Part shown: positions 1 through 11,261 of the stretch, piece after piece | Position numbering within the stretch: position 1 is the first letter of the stretch | How the letters are laid out: every line of letters begins with the position of its first letter | Source: Dictyostelium discoideum | Lineage: Eukaryota | Direction: 5' to 3' | NCBI GenBank assembly: GCA_000004695.1 | Contig: CM000155.2 | Span: 1,152,001-1,216,000, forward strand | DNA length: 64,000 bases | Made by a program: the position numbers and the translations under genes | The notes under the pieces: model-generated | Databases searched by the model: none | The model's input: the letters and a program-made list of their open reading frames with translations, nothing else | What the model was told of the DNA's origin: nothing

Positions 1-274
1 AAGTTTTTTTTTTTGGTTTTTTTTTTTTTATATTTTTTAAATTTTAAAAGGGATTTGTGTTCCCATTTTTACAAAAGTGGGGGGGGCAAAGGGGGGGGGG
101 GGGGGTCATATATAAATCATTTAAAAAAAACTCCAAAAAAAAAAAACTTGGGGTGTTTGTGAAAATTTGCCTTTAAGGGGTTAAGTAATAAAAAAAAATA
201 ATAAATTTTTGTGTTTTTCCAATTTTGATTATTTATATATAGAACATTTAATTTTTTTTTTTTTTTTTTTTTTT

Positions 275-307
<33 letters not shown>

Positions 308-1067
308 GGTTTTTAAAATTAGATTCATTATAGAGTGGGTTTCTCTCTTTTTCCTCTTTTAATTTATTATTATTATTATTTTTTTTTTTTTAATTTTTGC
401 TTTTTTTGATGAAAAAAAAAAATAAAAAATGAAAAAAAAAAAAAGTCACACTTACAAATAGATAGCATCATTATATACAGTATATAATTTTCATTTAAAA
501 AAAAATGAATGAATAAATAAATAAATATGTGATTATTAAAAAAAAAAAACAAAAAAAAAATTATAAAATAAAAAAAAATAAAAAAAAGACAAAATGTAAA
601 AAAAATTAAAAAAAATAAAATAAAATAAAATAAAAAAAAAACAAAACTAAAATTTTGTGTGTGTGGGTGTTAATCAAAACTATCATACAATGTTTTTTTT
701 TTTTTTTTTTTTTGAAATTATTCCTTTGGAGTCATGTTCTCAGTATTGTCATGTATGTATTTTTATAAATAAAAAAAAAAAAAAAATAAAAAATGAATAG
801 AAATAAAAATAAAAGGAAATTCCTTTAAGATGAAAAAAAAATGAAAGAAAAAAAAAAAAATAAAATAAAAAATAAAATTTAAAAAAAAAAAAAAAATAAA
901 ATCTTATTTTAATATCTTATCAAAACTTTTGTGCATCACAACGAAACGCGTGATTTTATTTCTCCAATGAATTCGAATTTGGTACTGGTTGATATTTTTT
1001 ATTTAATTTTTTTTTTTTTAACATTTTTTTTTTCCTTTCACAAAATTGATTTTATTATAAAAGAAAA

Positions 1068-1111
<44 letters not shown>

Positions 1112-1203
1112 AAAAAAAAATGTAAAAAAAAAATAAAAATAAAAATAAATAAAGAAAAAAAAAAAAAAAAAAAGATATTAAAAAAAAAAAACATATAACT
1201 ATT

Positions 1204-1247
<44 letters not shown>

Positions 1248-1350
1248 CGAATTTAATTTATTTTAAATTTTTTTTTTTATTATTTTTTTTTTTTTTAAAA
1301 ACGATTGGCGGCTGAGGCCACTGTTTTGATTTTTGATTTTTTATTTTTTT

Positions 1351-1383
<33 letters not shown>

Positions 1384-1509
1384 TTTTTGTTGTAATTTTA
1401 TCTTTTTTTATTTGTTGTTCAATTATCAACCACTTCATCCTCAATTACCAATTGTTGTGTTTTTTGTATAAATATATACACTCAAATAAATTTGTAAAAA
1501 AAAAAAAAA

Positions 1510-2993
1510 ATGCAATATATGAAATCACTTGCTCATCCAGATGAATTCCTTTCTTTATTAAAGATTGGTTACACTGAATCATTTAAGCCAAAATCACAAT
1601 TAAAAGAAAATTTAGGTAATAAAGAATGGTGTTACGAATTATTAAATAAAACATCAAGAAGTTTTGCTTTTGTAATTAATGAATTAGAACCAAGTTTAAA
1701 GGATGCTGTAAGTTTTAAAAAATTATAATAATAATAATAATAATTTTTTTTTTATTTGCAAAATAAAAATAAAAAAGAATAATAAAAATAATAAAAATAA
1801 TAAAAATAAAAAAATAAAAATGGAAATAAAAAATAAAAAAATAAAAAAATAAAAAAAATAATTTTCAAAAATGTATTTTTGTTTTTACTAATAATAAAAT
1901 TTTTTTATTTTTTTTATTTATTTTTTTTTTTATTTTATAGATTTGTATTTTTTATTTAGTATTAAGAGGATTAGATACAATTGAAGATGATACAACAGTT
2001 GAACTTAATACAAAATTACCAGTATTAACATCATTTTCAGAAGGATTATATCAACCAGGTTATAAGGTATTTGGATATGGTATGAATAATGATGAAAAGA
2101 ATTTAGTAGAGAATTTCGATAAGGTGGTTGATGTATTTTTGGGATTGGGTGATGGATATTGTACTATCATTCATGATATTACACGTCGTATGGCAAATGG
2201 TATGTCAGAGTTTCTCCAAAAGTCTGTTGTAACATTACCAGAATGGGATCTCTATTGTCACTATGTCGCAGGTCTTGTTGGCATTGGTCTTAGCAAGATC
2301 TTTCATGCTAGTGGTTTAGAGAGTGAATGGTTCGCAACAGCAGATGATGAATCCAACCAAATGGGTTTATTCTTACAAAAAACTAATATCATTCGTGACT
2401 ATTTGGAAGACATTAACGAAAAGAGAATCTTTTGGCCACGTGATGTTTGGGCTCGTTACACATTACATTTGGAGAATTTCAAAGAGGCCAAATACCAAAT
2501 TCCAGCACTCCACTGTCTCAATGATTTAATCACCAATGCTCTTTCACATGCTCTTATCGCTTTGGACTACATGAGTCGTTTAAAGAATCCACAAGTTATC
2601 AATTTCTGTGCTATCCCACAAGTTATGGCCATTGGTACTTTGAATGCTTGTTATAACAATTACAACGTCTTCACTGGTGTAGTCAAAATTCGTAAGGGTC
2701 AAAGAGCATTGATCGTCGATGCTATTCAATCCAAGGGTCTCACTGCTACCTATGAGCTCTTCTTTAAGTTTGCCAATGAAATGCGTCATAAAGTTCCACC
2801 AAATGATCCATCTGCAAAGAAAACCATTCAACATCTCGAATCAATTGAAAAACTCTGCATAGAGAAATTAGGTTATAGACCTTCTGGTTTCAATGATTTC
2901 ATCTCTTATGATTGGATGGCTGTTACTTCTTTAGCTGTTTCTTCTGCTTTCTTAATTGCTCGTCATGGTCCAAACTTTTTTTCGAAATTATAA
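1510..2993 (+). CDS. fdfT: Squalene synthase (farnesyl-diphosphate farnesyltransferase), 2 exons: 1510..1707 and 1941..2993 (~416 aa).
   Basis: The N-terminus (MQYMKSLAHPDEF..) matches metazoan squalene synthase starts. Conserved motifs are TSRSFAFVI, FYLVLRGLDTIEDD across the splice, YCHYVAGLVGIGLS, GLFLQKTNIIRDYLED and NFCAIPQVMAIGTL. The donor is GTAAGT at 1708 and the acceptor is tattttatAG at 1939-1940. Exon 1 ends in phase 0 and the ORF-track frame at 2082 is continuous with exon 2. Confidence 0.9.
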
Positions 2994-3113
2994 AATAAAA
3001 TAAAATAAAATAAATAATAGTAATAATTAAATGAAAAAGAAAAAAAAACAAAAAATAAAACTAAATTATTATATAAAAATTTATAAATATATTTCTTATT
3101 ATTTGATTTGATT

Positions 3114-3144
<31 letters not shown>

Positions 3145-3155
3145 TTTTAATTTAT

Positions 3156-3897
3156 TTATAAAGATTTTGCTTGTAAATGTTTCTGAATACTATTAATTTG
3201 TTGTAAAGTTTCTTCTAATTGATTTTTATCCATTTCAAATCTTATTAAATCATTTTTATTATTATTATTATTATTGGTATTGGTATTTTTTAATTTTAAT
3301 TCTACAATTGATACAGGTTCATTAATTTCACTAATTTCTTTTGATTTTGTTTTAACATCAATTCTCCAACTAATTTTTTGTAAAGAGTTATTGAATCTTG
3401 TGGTTTTATATATAATTTCATGAATCTTCTTTTTATTAACTTTCCAAAATTTATTTAAACATTCTTGTTGAACTGTTGTAAAATCACTTTCTTTAACTAT
3501 ATTTTCAAATGTTGAAATTTGCATATCAGAGTATGATGCTTTTTGAATAATTTCAAAACATTTATTATATGTAAATTCGATCACTTTATTATATACATAT
3601 ATGTTTTTTTTTTTATTGTTAATTTAAATTTATTTAATTTAGTTGGTATTTGTTTTTCATTTTTGGAATTTTTTTGTGGTATGTGTGTTGTGAAATAGGT
3701 TATTTTATTTTTTAATATTTTTATATTTTTTTTTTTTTATAGATAATAATTTTTAACTTACATTCTAATGTAACATCATCTTGTTCAGAGAACACCATTT
3801 CTTTTAATGTTTCCAAAGATTTACAATCTTCATCTTTTTCATATTCTTTTTTTAAAAGGAATCCTAATAAACTTGAAAAATATTTTGGTTGATCCAT
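3156..3897 (-). CDS. COMM-domain-containing protein, 2 exons on the minus strand: 3762..3897 and 3156..3583 (~187 aa).
   Basis: Exon 1 (MDQPKYFSSLLGFLLKKEYEKDEDCKSLETLKEMVFSEQDDVTLE) ends at a GTAAGT donor (rc of aacttac at 3755-3761). The acceptor AG is the rc of plus 3584-3585, and the phase-1 junction gives ..TLE-L-IEFTYNK... The C-terminal region (ISWRIDVKTKS..PVSIVELKL..IRFEMDKNQLEETLQQINSIQKHL) has a COMM-domain-like pattern. The ORF-track M at 3584 is a GTG, not an ATG. Confidence 0.55.
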
Positions 3898-4212
3898 TTG
3901 GTTTAATTAATAATAATAATAATACAATAAAATAAAAAAAAAAAAGAAAAAAAAAAAATTTACAAACTCGCGACTGAATTTTAATTTTTTTTTTATTTTT
4001 TTTATATTTAATTTAAAAAAAAAAATAAAATTCAAAAGAAATTTTTTTTTTTTTTTTTTATTACCATTTATATTACTTTTTTTTTATTACAATTTATATT
4101 ACTTTTTTTTTATTTTATTTTATTTTTTTTTCCAATTTTTACTATTTTTAGGGAACATAAAAAAAAACCTTTTTAAAAATTAATTTCTAAAAAAAAAAAT
4201 TAATTTCTAAAA

Positions 4213-4244
<32 letters not shown>

Positions 4245-4277
4245 TTATATAAATAAATTATTATTGTATATATATAT

Positions 4278-4595
4278 ATGACATATTCTATCATTATAAG
4301 AATACCATGGAAAAGACCAAACGATGAACTGATTTGGAATGAAGAAAAAGATAATATGTTATGGAGATTTATTGCACTTCATCCTCAACCAAACGATATA
4401 GATTGTAAGTTTAATTTTCCTTTTTTTCATTTTTACATTTTTCAATATTATTAACCATAATTTTAAATTATTAAAGGGAATTCAATATCATCACGATTAA
4501 ATATTAACGAGAGTGAGTGTAAATTAAGGGCGTCACATCTTTATAAACAACAATTTATTAAATTACAAAATGAAACATTATTAAACATATCAAGC

Positions 4596-4681
<86 letters not shown>

Positions 4682-5333
4682 CAACAACAATAACAACAAC
4701 AACAATAACAACAACAATAACAATAGTAATAGTAACAGCAGCGGTAGTTATTCATTTTCACAACAACAACATCAACATCAACAACAGCAACAACAGCAAC
4801 AGGTACAGCAACAAGTACAACAACCAAGAGCAACAACACCTAGGAATGATGAACTTCAAAGGTTATATAATAGTGTACAAAGAAATAGCTTCGATTGGAT
4901 AAAGGTATCCATGGAATTGGGTATTCCTCCAATGGAATGTAGAAATTTATTTTTATCATCTCAACAAAATCAACAAAATCAGCAAAAACCTCAACAAAAC
5001 CAATCTGGAACGCCACCTAGTACTTACAATTATAATAATAATAATAATAGTAATAATAATAGCAATAATTACAACAACAGCAACAGCAACAGCAACAACA
5101 ACAACAATAGTAATAATAATAACTCTACAAATAGTGGTTCACAAAGAACAAACCAACAACAACAATATCAAAACTATCAATCAATACAACAAAGCTATGG
5201 TTTTTTAAGTTCAATGGAGGGTTCAATAACTCAATCAGAATTAGTGGACGCATTAATTGATGAAGAAGATAGACAGCAACAACAACAAAAGCAGCAACAA
5301 CATAAACAAATACAGAGAGGTTTTCCGCAATAA
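4278..5333 (+). CDS. Asn/Gln-rich protein with two Myb/SANT-like segments, 2 exons: 4278..4404 and 4477..5333.
   Basis: ATG at 4278. Exon 1 ends in phase 1 at a GTAAGT donor (4405). The acceptor ttaaAG at 4475-4476 restores the frame (..NDID-W-NSISSRL..). The SANT-like pattern is W-x-EEKD-x-LW-x-IA...ECKLR. The (AAT)n tract at 4597-4733 is read as poly-N on the plus strand. A second W...ELG...EC segment (FDWIKVSMELGIPPMECRNLF) follows. The frame is continuous with ORF-track 4911..5333. The minus-strand poly-L/poly-Y ORFs here are antisense artefacts. Confidence 0.5.
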
Positions 5334-6168
5334 ATTAATACACAAAAATAAAGAATATATAAATATTTTTTTTTTTTTTAATTTAATTTAATTTAATTTA
5401 ATCTTGCATTTGACAAGAATTGTTTTATTAATTTGAAGTTTTTTTTTTTATTATTTATTTCTTTATTTCTTTCTTTCTTTCTTTCTTTTTATTTTTATTT
5501 ATTTTTTTATTTTGACTATCGATACAATTGCTTTTTTTTTTTATTTTTTATTTTTTAATTTTTTTTTATTTAATAATAATAATAAAATTTTGAAAGATTT
5601 TATTAATTGCTATTATTAATTGATTTTGATTGATAAATTGATAAAATTCTTAATTATGAACACAAAAATAATAATGCTTTATTAAGCAGTTGCAGTGCCC
5701 AAAAGTCTCTTTTTGTGAAATAATGAATAAATTAGGAATGATGATGCTGAAATTAAAATAAACCAAAAACTATTTGTTTTAGCAACACTTTTCTTTTTTG
5801 TTTCTTCTTCTTCTGTTGAAAACTTTTTAAAAATTGATCTGAAAATCATTTTTTAATATTATTTAATTTTGTATTTGATTTCGTAAAATATGAATAATGG
5901 GAAAAAATTAATGAAAAATGAAAAAAAAAAAAAAAAAAAAAATCAAAAAAAAAAAAGAATTAAAAAATTATAATTTTAAAATTGTTTCCACATTCAAATT
6001 AAGTGTGTAATTAATTTAAATATATTATTTTAAAACATTTCTCCACACACTCATTACATGAATTATAATATTTTAATTTTTTTATATTTTTTTTTGTAAA
6101 CCATTTTTAGAGAGGGGGTATATATGTTTGGGCATGGTTTTTTTTTTATTCATTTTTAAAATTTATGC

Positions 6169-6215
<47 letters not shown>

Positions 6216-6290
6216 AATATTATTAATTAAATAAATGAAATATAAGTATTAAGTTGGAATAAGAACTCTTATCAGACTTTTTTGTTAATG

Positions 6291-6322
<32 letters not shown>

Positions 6323-6498
6323 AAATACTAATAAAAAGGGTTATTGATTTTTCATTGAAAATATTAAAATTAAAAGGGATAAATTTCACTATAAATAAAA
6401 GGGATTTTTTTTTTTATAAATCATTTCAAATAAACATTTTAAAAAACAAAAAAAAACCTAAAAAAAAAAACTAAAAAACTAAAATCAATAATAAAAAA

Positions 6499-6640
6499 AA
6501 TGACAATCATTGGTAAATATCTTTTCAAAAAAAAAAAAAAAACCCAAAAAAAAACCCAAAAAAAAAGACCCAAAAAAAAAGACCCAAAAAAAAAGACCCA
6601 AAAAAACCCAAAAAACCCAAAATTACCCAAAAACCGAAAA
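6499..6640. repeat. Minisatellite of a ~13-bp unit (A8-9 GACCC / A7-9 CCC) repeated about 9 times.
   Basis: The tandem units aaaaaaaaagaccc and aaaaaaaaaccc are directly visible. Confidence 0.6.
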
Positions 6641-6744
6641 GAAATATTAATATTAAATTTTTAAATTAAAAAAAAGGGTTATGTTAATAGGTTAAATTTC
6701 TTTTTTAGGTTCAATAAAAAAATCAAAATCCTCATCAATTAAAG

Positions 6745-6942
6745 GTGGTAGCAGGGAATCAGGATTTGGTGGAAAAGGCAAATGCTGATTATAATGTCTT
6801 TACTTCATTAATTGGAGGTGCAATTTTATCAATTGTTGGGGCAACATCTGGCTTAGTAATTGGAGCAATCGATGGTTTTACAAGGGGTTTTGAATTTGGT
6901 GCCCCTTTATTTGCCCCCCCAATTGTTGGCAAATTAATTTAA
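6745..6942 (+). other. Open segment encoding a glycine-zipper hydrophobic peptide (..NVFTSLIGGAILSIVGATSGLVIGAIDGFTRGF..). It has no ATG. It may be a terminal exon or a non-coding part of a repeat. It is paralogous to 9168..9272.
   Basis: It shares ~85% nucleotide identity with 9168-9272, flanks included. The frame is open from 6718. The only start is a GTG at 6745, which follows ttaaAG. It contains a GxxxGxxxGxxxG motif. Confidence 0.2.
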
Positions 6943-6954
6943 TCTCATGTGCTC

Positions 6955-6985
<31 letters not shown>

Positions 6986-7597
6986 ATTCCAATTCTCCAA
7001 TTAATTTTACTATTACAATAAATTAAAAAACTAAAAATATAATATAATAAAACTAAACTAAAAATATAAATTTTTAAAAAAATTTAAAAAATTAATTATT
7101 AATGTTGATTTTAAAAAAAAAGAAAAAAAGAAAACATAAAATAATTTCTATTGGTACATTTTAAATACCGAAACCAGATATTTATTTTTTTCATAGAAAG
7201 AATCGCTCATTTTTTTTTTTTTTTTTTTTCAAAAAAAAATTTTTTTATTGGACAAGAAATAAAATCTAAATTTTTTTTTCTTTTTTTTTTTTTCTTTTTT
7301 TTTTAAAAATCATCGTTCGTTATCTTAAAATAAAATTTGAAAAAAAAAAAATTGAAAAAAAAAAAGAGTTCTTCATACTAAAAATATTTTTTTTCCCCCC
7401 CCTATTTTAAATATCATCCAATTCTATAGACTCTTTCTTTTTACCTTTTTGATTTTTTTTTTTTTTAATAAAAAAAAAAAGAATAAGAAAAAAAAAGTAT
7501 TTAAACAAAAAAAAAAAAAAAATATTATTCAATTAAAAACAAAAAATATTTATATCTTGTAATTAATAATAATAACATTAGAAATAAACATTTAACA

Positions 7598-7628
<31 letters not shown>

Positions 7629-7632
7629 AAAA

Positions 7633-8147
7633 ATGAAATTAATTATCTCATTATTAATTCTCATTTGTACATTAAAATTATCATTTGGATGTGAAGGTGA
7701 CTTCAATCCAACCACTGCCAATATTGGTCAATGTTCAGCAAGTCAAACCGTTGGTTGGGTACCAGCTGCACCAGAGTATGGAACTGAGACATTAAAAGTT
7801 TGGACTCCAGAAGAATTAAGCCCAGAAGAAAGAGATATGCATGAACATCGTATGGCCTACATTTTAGCAATCTCAAAACAAACCAGAAGAAAATTTGTCA
7901 CCTCCATCTATGCTCAAAATGGTACTCTTTTATGCCATGGTGTTAATACTGGTAAACCAAATTTAATGACTCATGGTGAAGTTGCTGCAATTAACAATTG
8001 TACATCATTATATAACATAAGTTCATACACTAATATGACTCTCTACACAACTGGTGAACCCTGCGCGATGTGCTTAAGTATTAGGACCAACAATTAATTA
8101 TCATTATTATTTTTTTATTTATATATTTATTAATTTTTTAATTATTT

Positions 8148-8194
<47 letters not shown>

Positions 8195-8758
8195 CTTTCT
8201 TCCCTACAGGCTAGTGCATTATTATGGTTAGACTTCAAAGTTGTTGTTTGGGGTACTTGGAATTCTGATCTTATGTGTAAAGTTTGTATGGGTCAAATTC
8301 CAATGGATTCAAACTATATTTTCTCACGTTACTATGGTGTTAGAGCAACTCCACCAACTTTAATTGGTGGTATTCTTCGTAATGAAACTGATGCTTGGTT
8401 CACACCATATTGTAATAACCCAGCTTCACCATACTATGTTAAACCAAAATGTGCATGTTACAACTCAACTTCACCATTGGTAATTAATCAAGTCTCTTCC
8501 TCTACTTGGTATGAAGGCCCAAACAACACCAAATACAGTCAATTCGATGGTAAAATCTTAAACAATGCTAATTACGCTGTTAACAATCCAACTTTCACAT
8601 CCTCACCATCAGGTGTTAAACCACGTACTATTTGGGGTTTAAAGAATGAAGGTGGTGATATTTGGTCATTATCATATTACCCAGTCATTAGCGGAAATGG
8701 TGGAGCTTTCCCATTTGGTTATATTAGCACTCAAGAAATTACCTTTAAAGCTAATTAA
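7633..8758 (+). CDS. Secreted TadA/guanine-deaminase-like (CDA-fold) zinc deaminase with a CBM-like C-terminal domain, copy 1. Exons 7633..8073 and 8210..8758. The donor at 8074 is the non-canonical TTAAGT, so this copy may be a pseudogene.
   Basis: N-terminal signal peptide (MKLIISLLILICTLKLSFG). The zinc motifs are HGEVAAI (H-x-E) and GEPCAMC (P-C-x-x-C). The second exon continues the fold (ASALLWLDFKVVVWGT..IGGILRNETDAWF) behind a polypyrimidine tract and ccctacAG. It is paralogous to 24701..25843. Confidence 0.6.
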
Positions 8759-8868
8759 TTATTTATTACCAATTAAAAAGTCTTACCGACTTTATATAAT
8801 CATAAAAAAAAAAAAAAAAAAAATTAATCCGAATAAATTAATAAAAAGTAATACCTTTTTGTTCACAA

Positions 8869-9165
<297 letters not shown>

Positions 9166-9167
9166 TC

Positions 9168-9272
9168 TTAACTTCACTATTTGGAGGTGAAATTTTACCA
9201 ATTGTTGGGGTAACATCTGGCTTAGTAAATGGAGCAATCGAAGGCTTTACAAAGGGGGTTTTTAATTGGTAA
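9168..9272 (+). other. Second copy of the glycine-zipper segment (..LTSLFGGEILPIVGVTSGLVNGAIEGFTKGVF..).
   Basis: Nucleotide-level paralogue of 6810-6940. Confidence 0.2.
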
Positions 9273-9453
9273 TTTAATTTAATCTACAAATAACTAACCA
9301 ATTCTCATCAATATTTTGGACTGAAAAAAAAAAAAAAAAAGAAAATCTATTGAAATAGTAAAAATAATTGGAGAATTGGAATATTAAAAAAAGTAATATA
9401 AAAAGTATTTAATTAAATATAATAATAAAAAAAAAATCCGCATTTTTTATATT

Positions 9454-9998
9454 TTATTTAATATAAAGAGATATAATTAACATAAGTTTATGCAGTTGGT
9501 TGGAAAGCAATTTGGTCTTCACCATCGATGATGTAACCGAATGAGAAGGTTTGACCTGTTGGATGACTGGATACCATTGGAGAGCCCAAGTATTTTTGGT
9601 TTCATCAACAGCAAGACCCCAGATTGAGTTTGGACGGAGTGGAGATGAGGTGAAGGTTGGGTTGGTGACGGTTACTGAACCAGTGTTGGTGATGATACCA
9701 CCGAATTGAGAGACAGTTTTACCGTTTTCGAACCATGAGGAGTAAAGAGTTTGATCGATCTTTAATGGTGAAGTAGTGTTGGTACAGACACATTGTGGTT
9801 TAATGTAATAGATTGAAGTTGGTTTGCTACAGTATGAACCGAAACAGGCGTCAGCTTCAGTACGTAAGACACCACCGATAACTCTTGGTGGGCTAGCTCT
9901 TAAACCATAGTAACGACCCAAGATGTATGAGGAATCCATTGGGATGTTTGACATTCAGATTTTGCAAAGTAAATCACTGTTGAAGGTACCCCAGACAA
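9454..9998 (-). pseudogene. Decayed 3' fragment of a deaminase paralogue (second-exon region only).
   Basis: Homologous to 24701..25230. There is an in-frame TGA where the intact copies have TAT (gacattcag vs gacatacag near 9950). A 1-bp deletion near 9555 (cctgttgg vs cctggttgg) shifts the frame of the last ~25 codons. Homology to the intact copy ends at 9998, and no first exon lies upstream. Confidence 0.6.
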
Positions 9999-10320
9999 TG
10001 TGCTGAATGGTCTATTCGTGCAAACCGGGTAATAAAAGGTATTTTTTTTAAAAAAAAAAATGGACTACATGGGCTGAACTGTTTATTAGTGCCAACCGGG
10101 CTGATACAAGGTTTTTTTTTTTTTAAAAAAAAATAAATTGACTGCAAAGATTGACTGATAAAAGGTTTTTTTTTTAAAATGGGCAAAAATAAGGTTTTAA
10201 ATTTTTGATACGGACTGCACGGGCTAATCGAGATAAAAAAAAAAATATCACACTGACTACAAATTATTTTTTTAAAATAAAAAAGGACTACACAGGCTTA
10301 TAAAAAGGTTTTTTTTTAAA
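9990..10320. repeat. Irregular array of short GC-richer motifs (GGACTRCAYGGGCTR...) separated by T(n)A(n) spacers.
   Basis: Four or more related units are visible: ggactacatgggctgaactg, gccaaccgggctgatacaagg, cggactgcacgggctaatcgag, ggactacacaggcttataaaaagg. Confidence 0.4.
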
Positions 10321-11261
10321 AAATTAAAAAAAAAAAAAAATAAAAACAATAAAAAAACGATAAAAACATTACAATTTTTTAATTTTTTTATTTTTTCTTT
10401 TTTAAATGTATTTAAAAAATAAAATATATTTAATAAGAAAATATGAATATATTGTTTGAGACTTTGCAAAAAAAAAAAAAAACCTGAATGTATGTAGTAT
10501 TTTTTATTATTAATTTTTATTTTTTTTTATTTTTATTTTCTGGAAAATTAAAATAAAAAATCACTTTGCATATTATTTTAAGTTTTGTATTATTAATAAA
10601 TAAATAAATTATTTTACATTCTTATTTAGGAGAAAACCAATAAAATAAAAAATAATAAAATGAAATAATAAATAACGTTAATTTTTTTTTTTTTAGGTAA
10701 TGTGTGGTAAATTTTGAAAAAAAAATAAAATTTAATTAAAGTAATAACTAACAATTTTACATTTATATTTAGGAGTTTAAATCAAAAAAAATGAAATTAA
10801 AAATAATCAAATTAATAATATTAATAAATAAATAAAAAAAAAAAAAAAAAAAAAAATAAAATTACCGCATTATTTCATTTTTATTATTTTTTATTGAATA
10901 CTTTTTTTTTAAAAATAGATGGTTTTTTTAAAAATATTTAAGCCCACGTATATCCTAAAAAAACCTTTAAATAAATAACCGTTTCAAAAAAAGACGGTTA
11001 TTTATTTAAATATCTAAAAAAATAATTTTGTAAGGGCTGTACTCAACCCTTTAAAGTGCTGTACGGGCTATGCCCAAAATTAAAAACTTTGAGCACAACC
11101 CGCACAGCACTCTTAAGTGTTGCGCACAGTCCTTACAATGTTTTTACAATTTTGTTTGGGCTGTTGGGGCTTATAGTGCCAAAGTTAAAATTTTTCTCAG
11201 TGGTCGTGTATCTTTTTATATATATATGTTTTACAATTGAACTATACCAGATTATTTAATT

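Noticed and set aside
4541-4839. Minus-strand ORFs encoding poly-Leu and poly-Tyr/Cys.
   Set aside because: They are antisense readings of the (AAT)n and (CAA)n tracts that encode poly-N/Q in the plus-strand Myb/SANT gene. They have no independent support.
6439-6630. Minus-strand 63-aa poly-Phe ORF, and a ~50-aa plus-strand Lys/Pro-rich ORF starting at 6499.
   Set aside because: Both derive from the A(n)CCC minisatellite. There is no evidence of expression, and it was kept as a repeat only.
11056-11259. 67-aa plus-strand ORF (MLYGLCPKLKTLSTTRTALLSV..).
   Set aside because: It lies in the GC-rich island and element boundary and has no ATG context or conservation. The YNVFT similarity to the glycine-zipper segments is probably coincidental.
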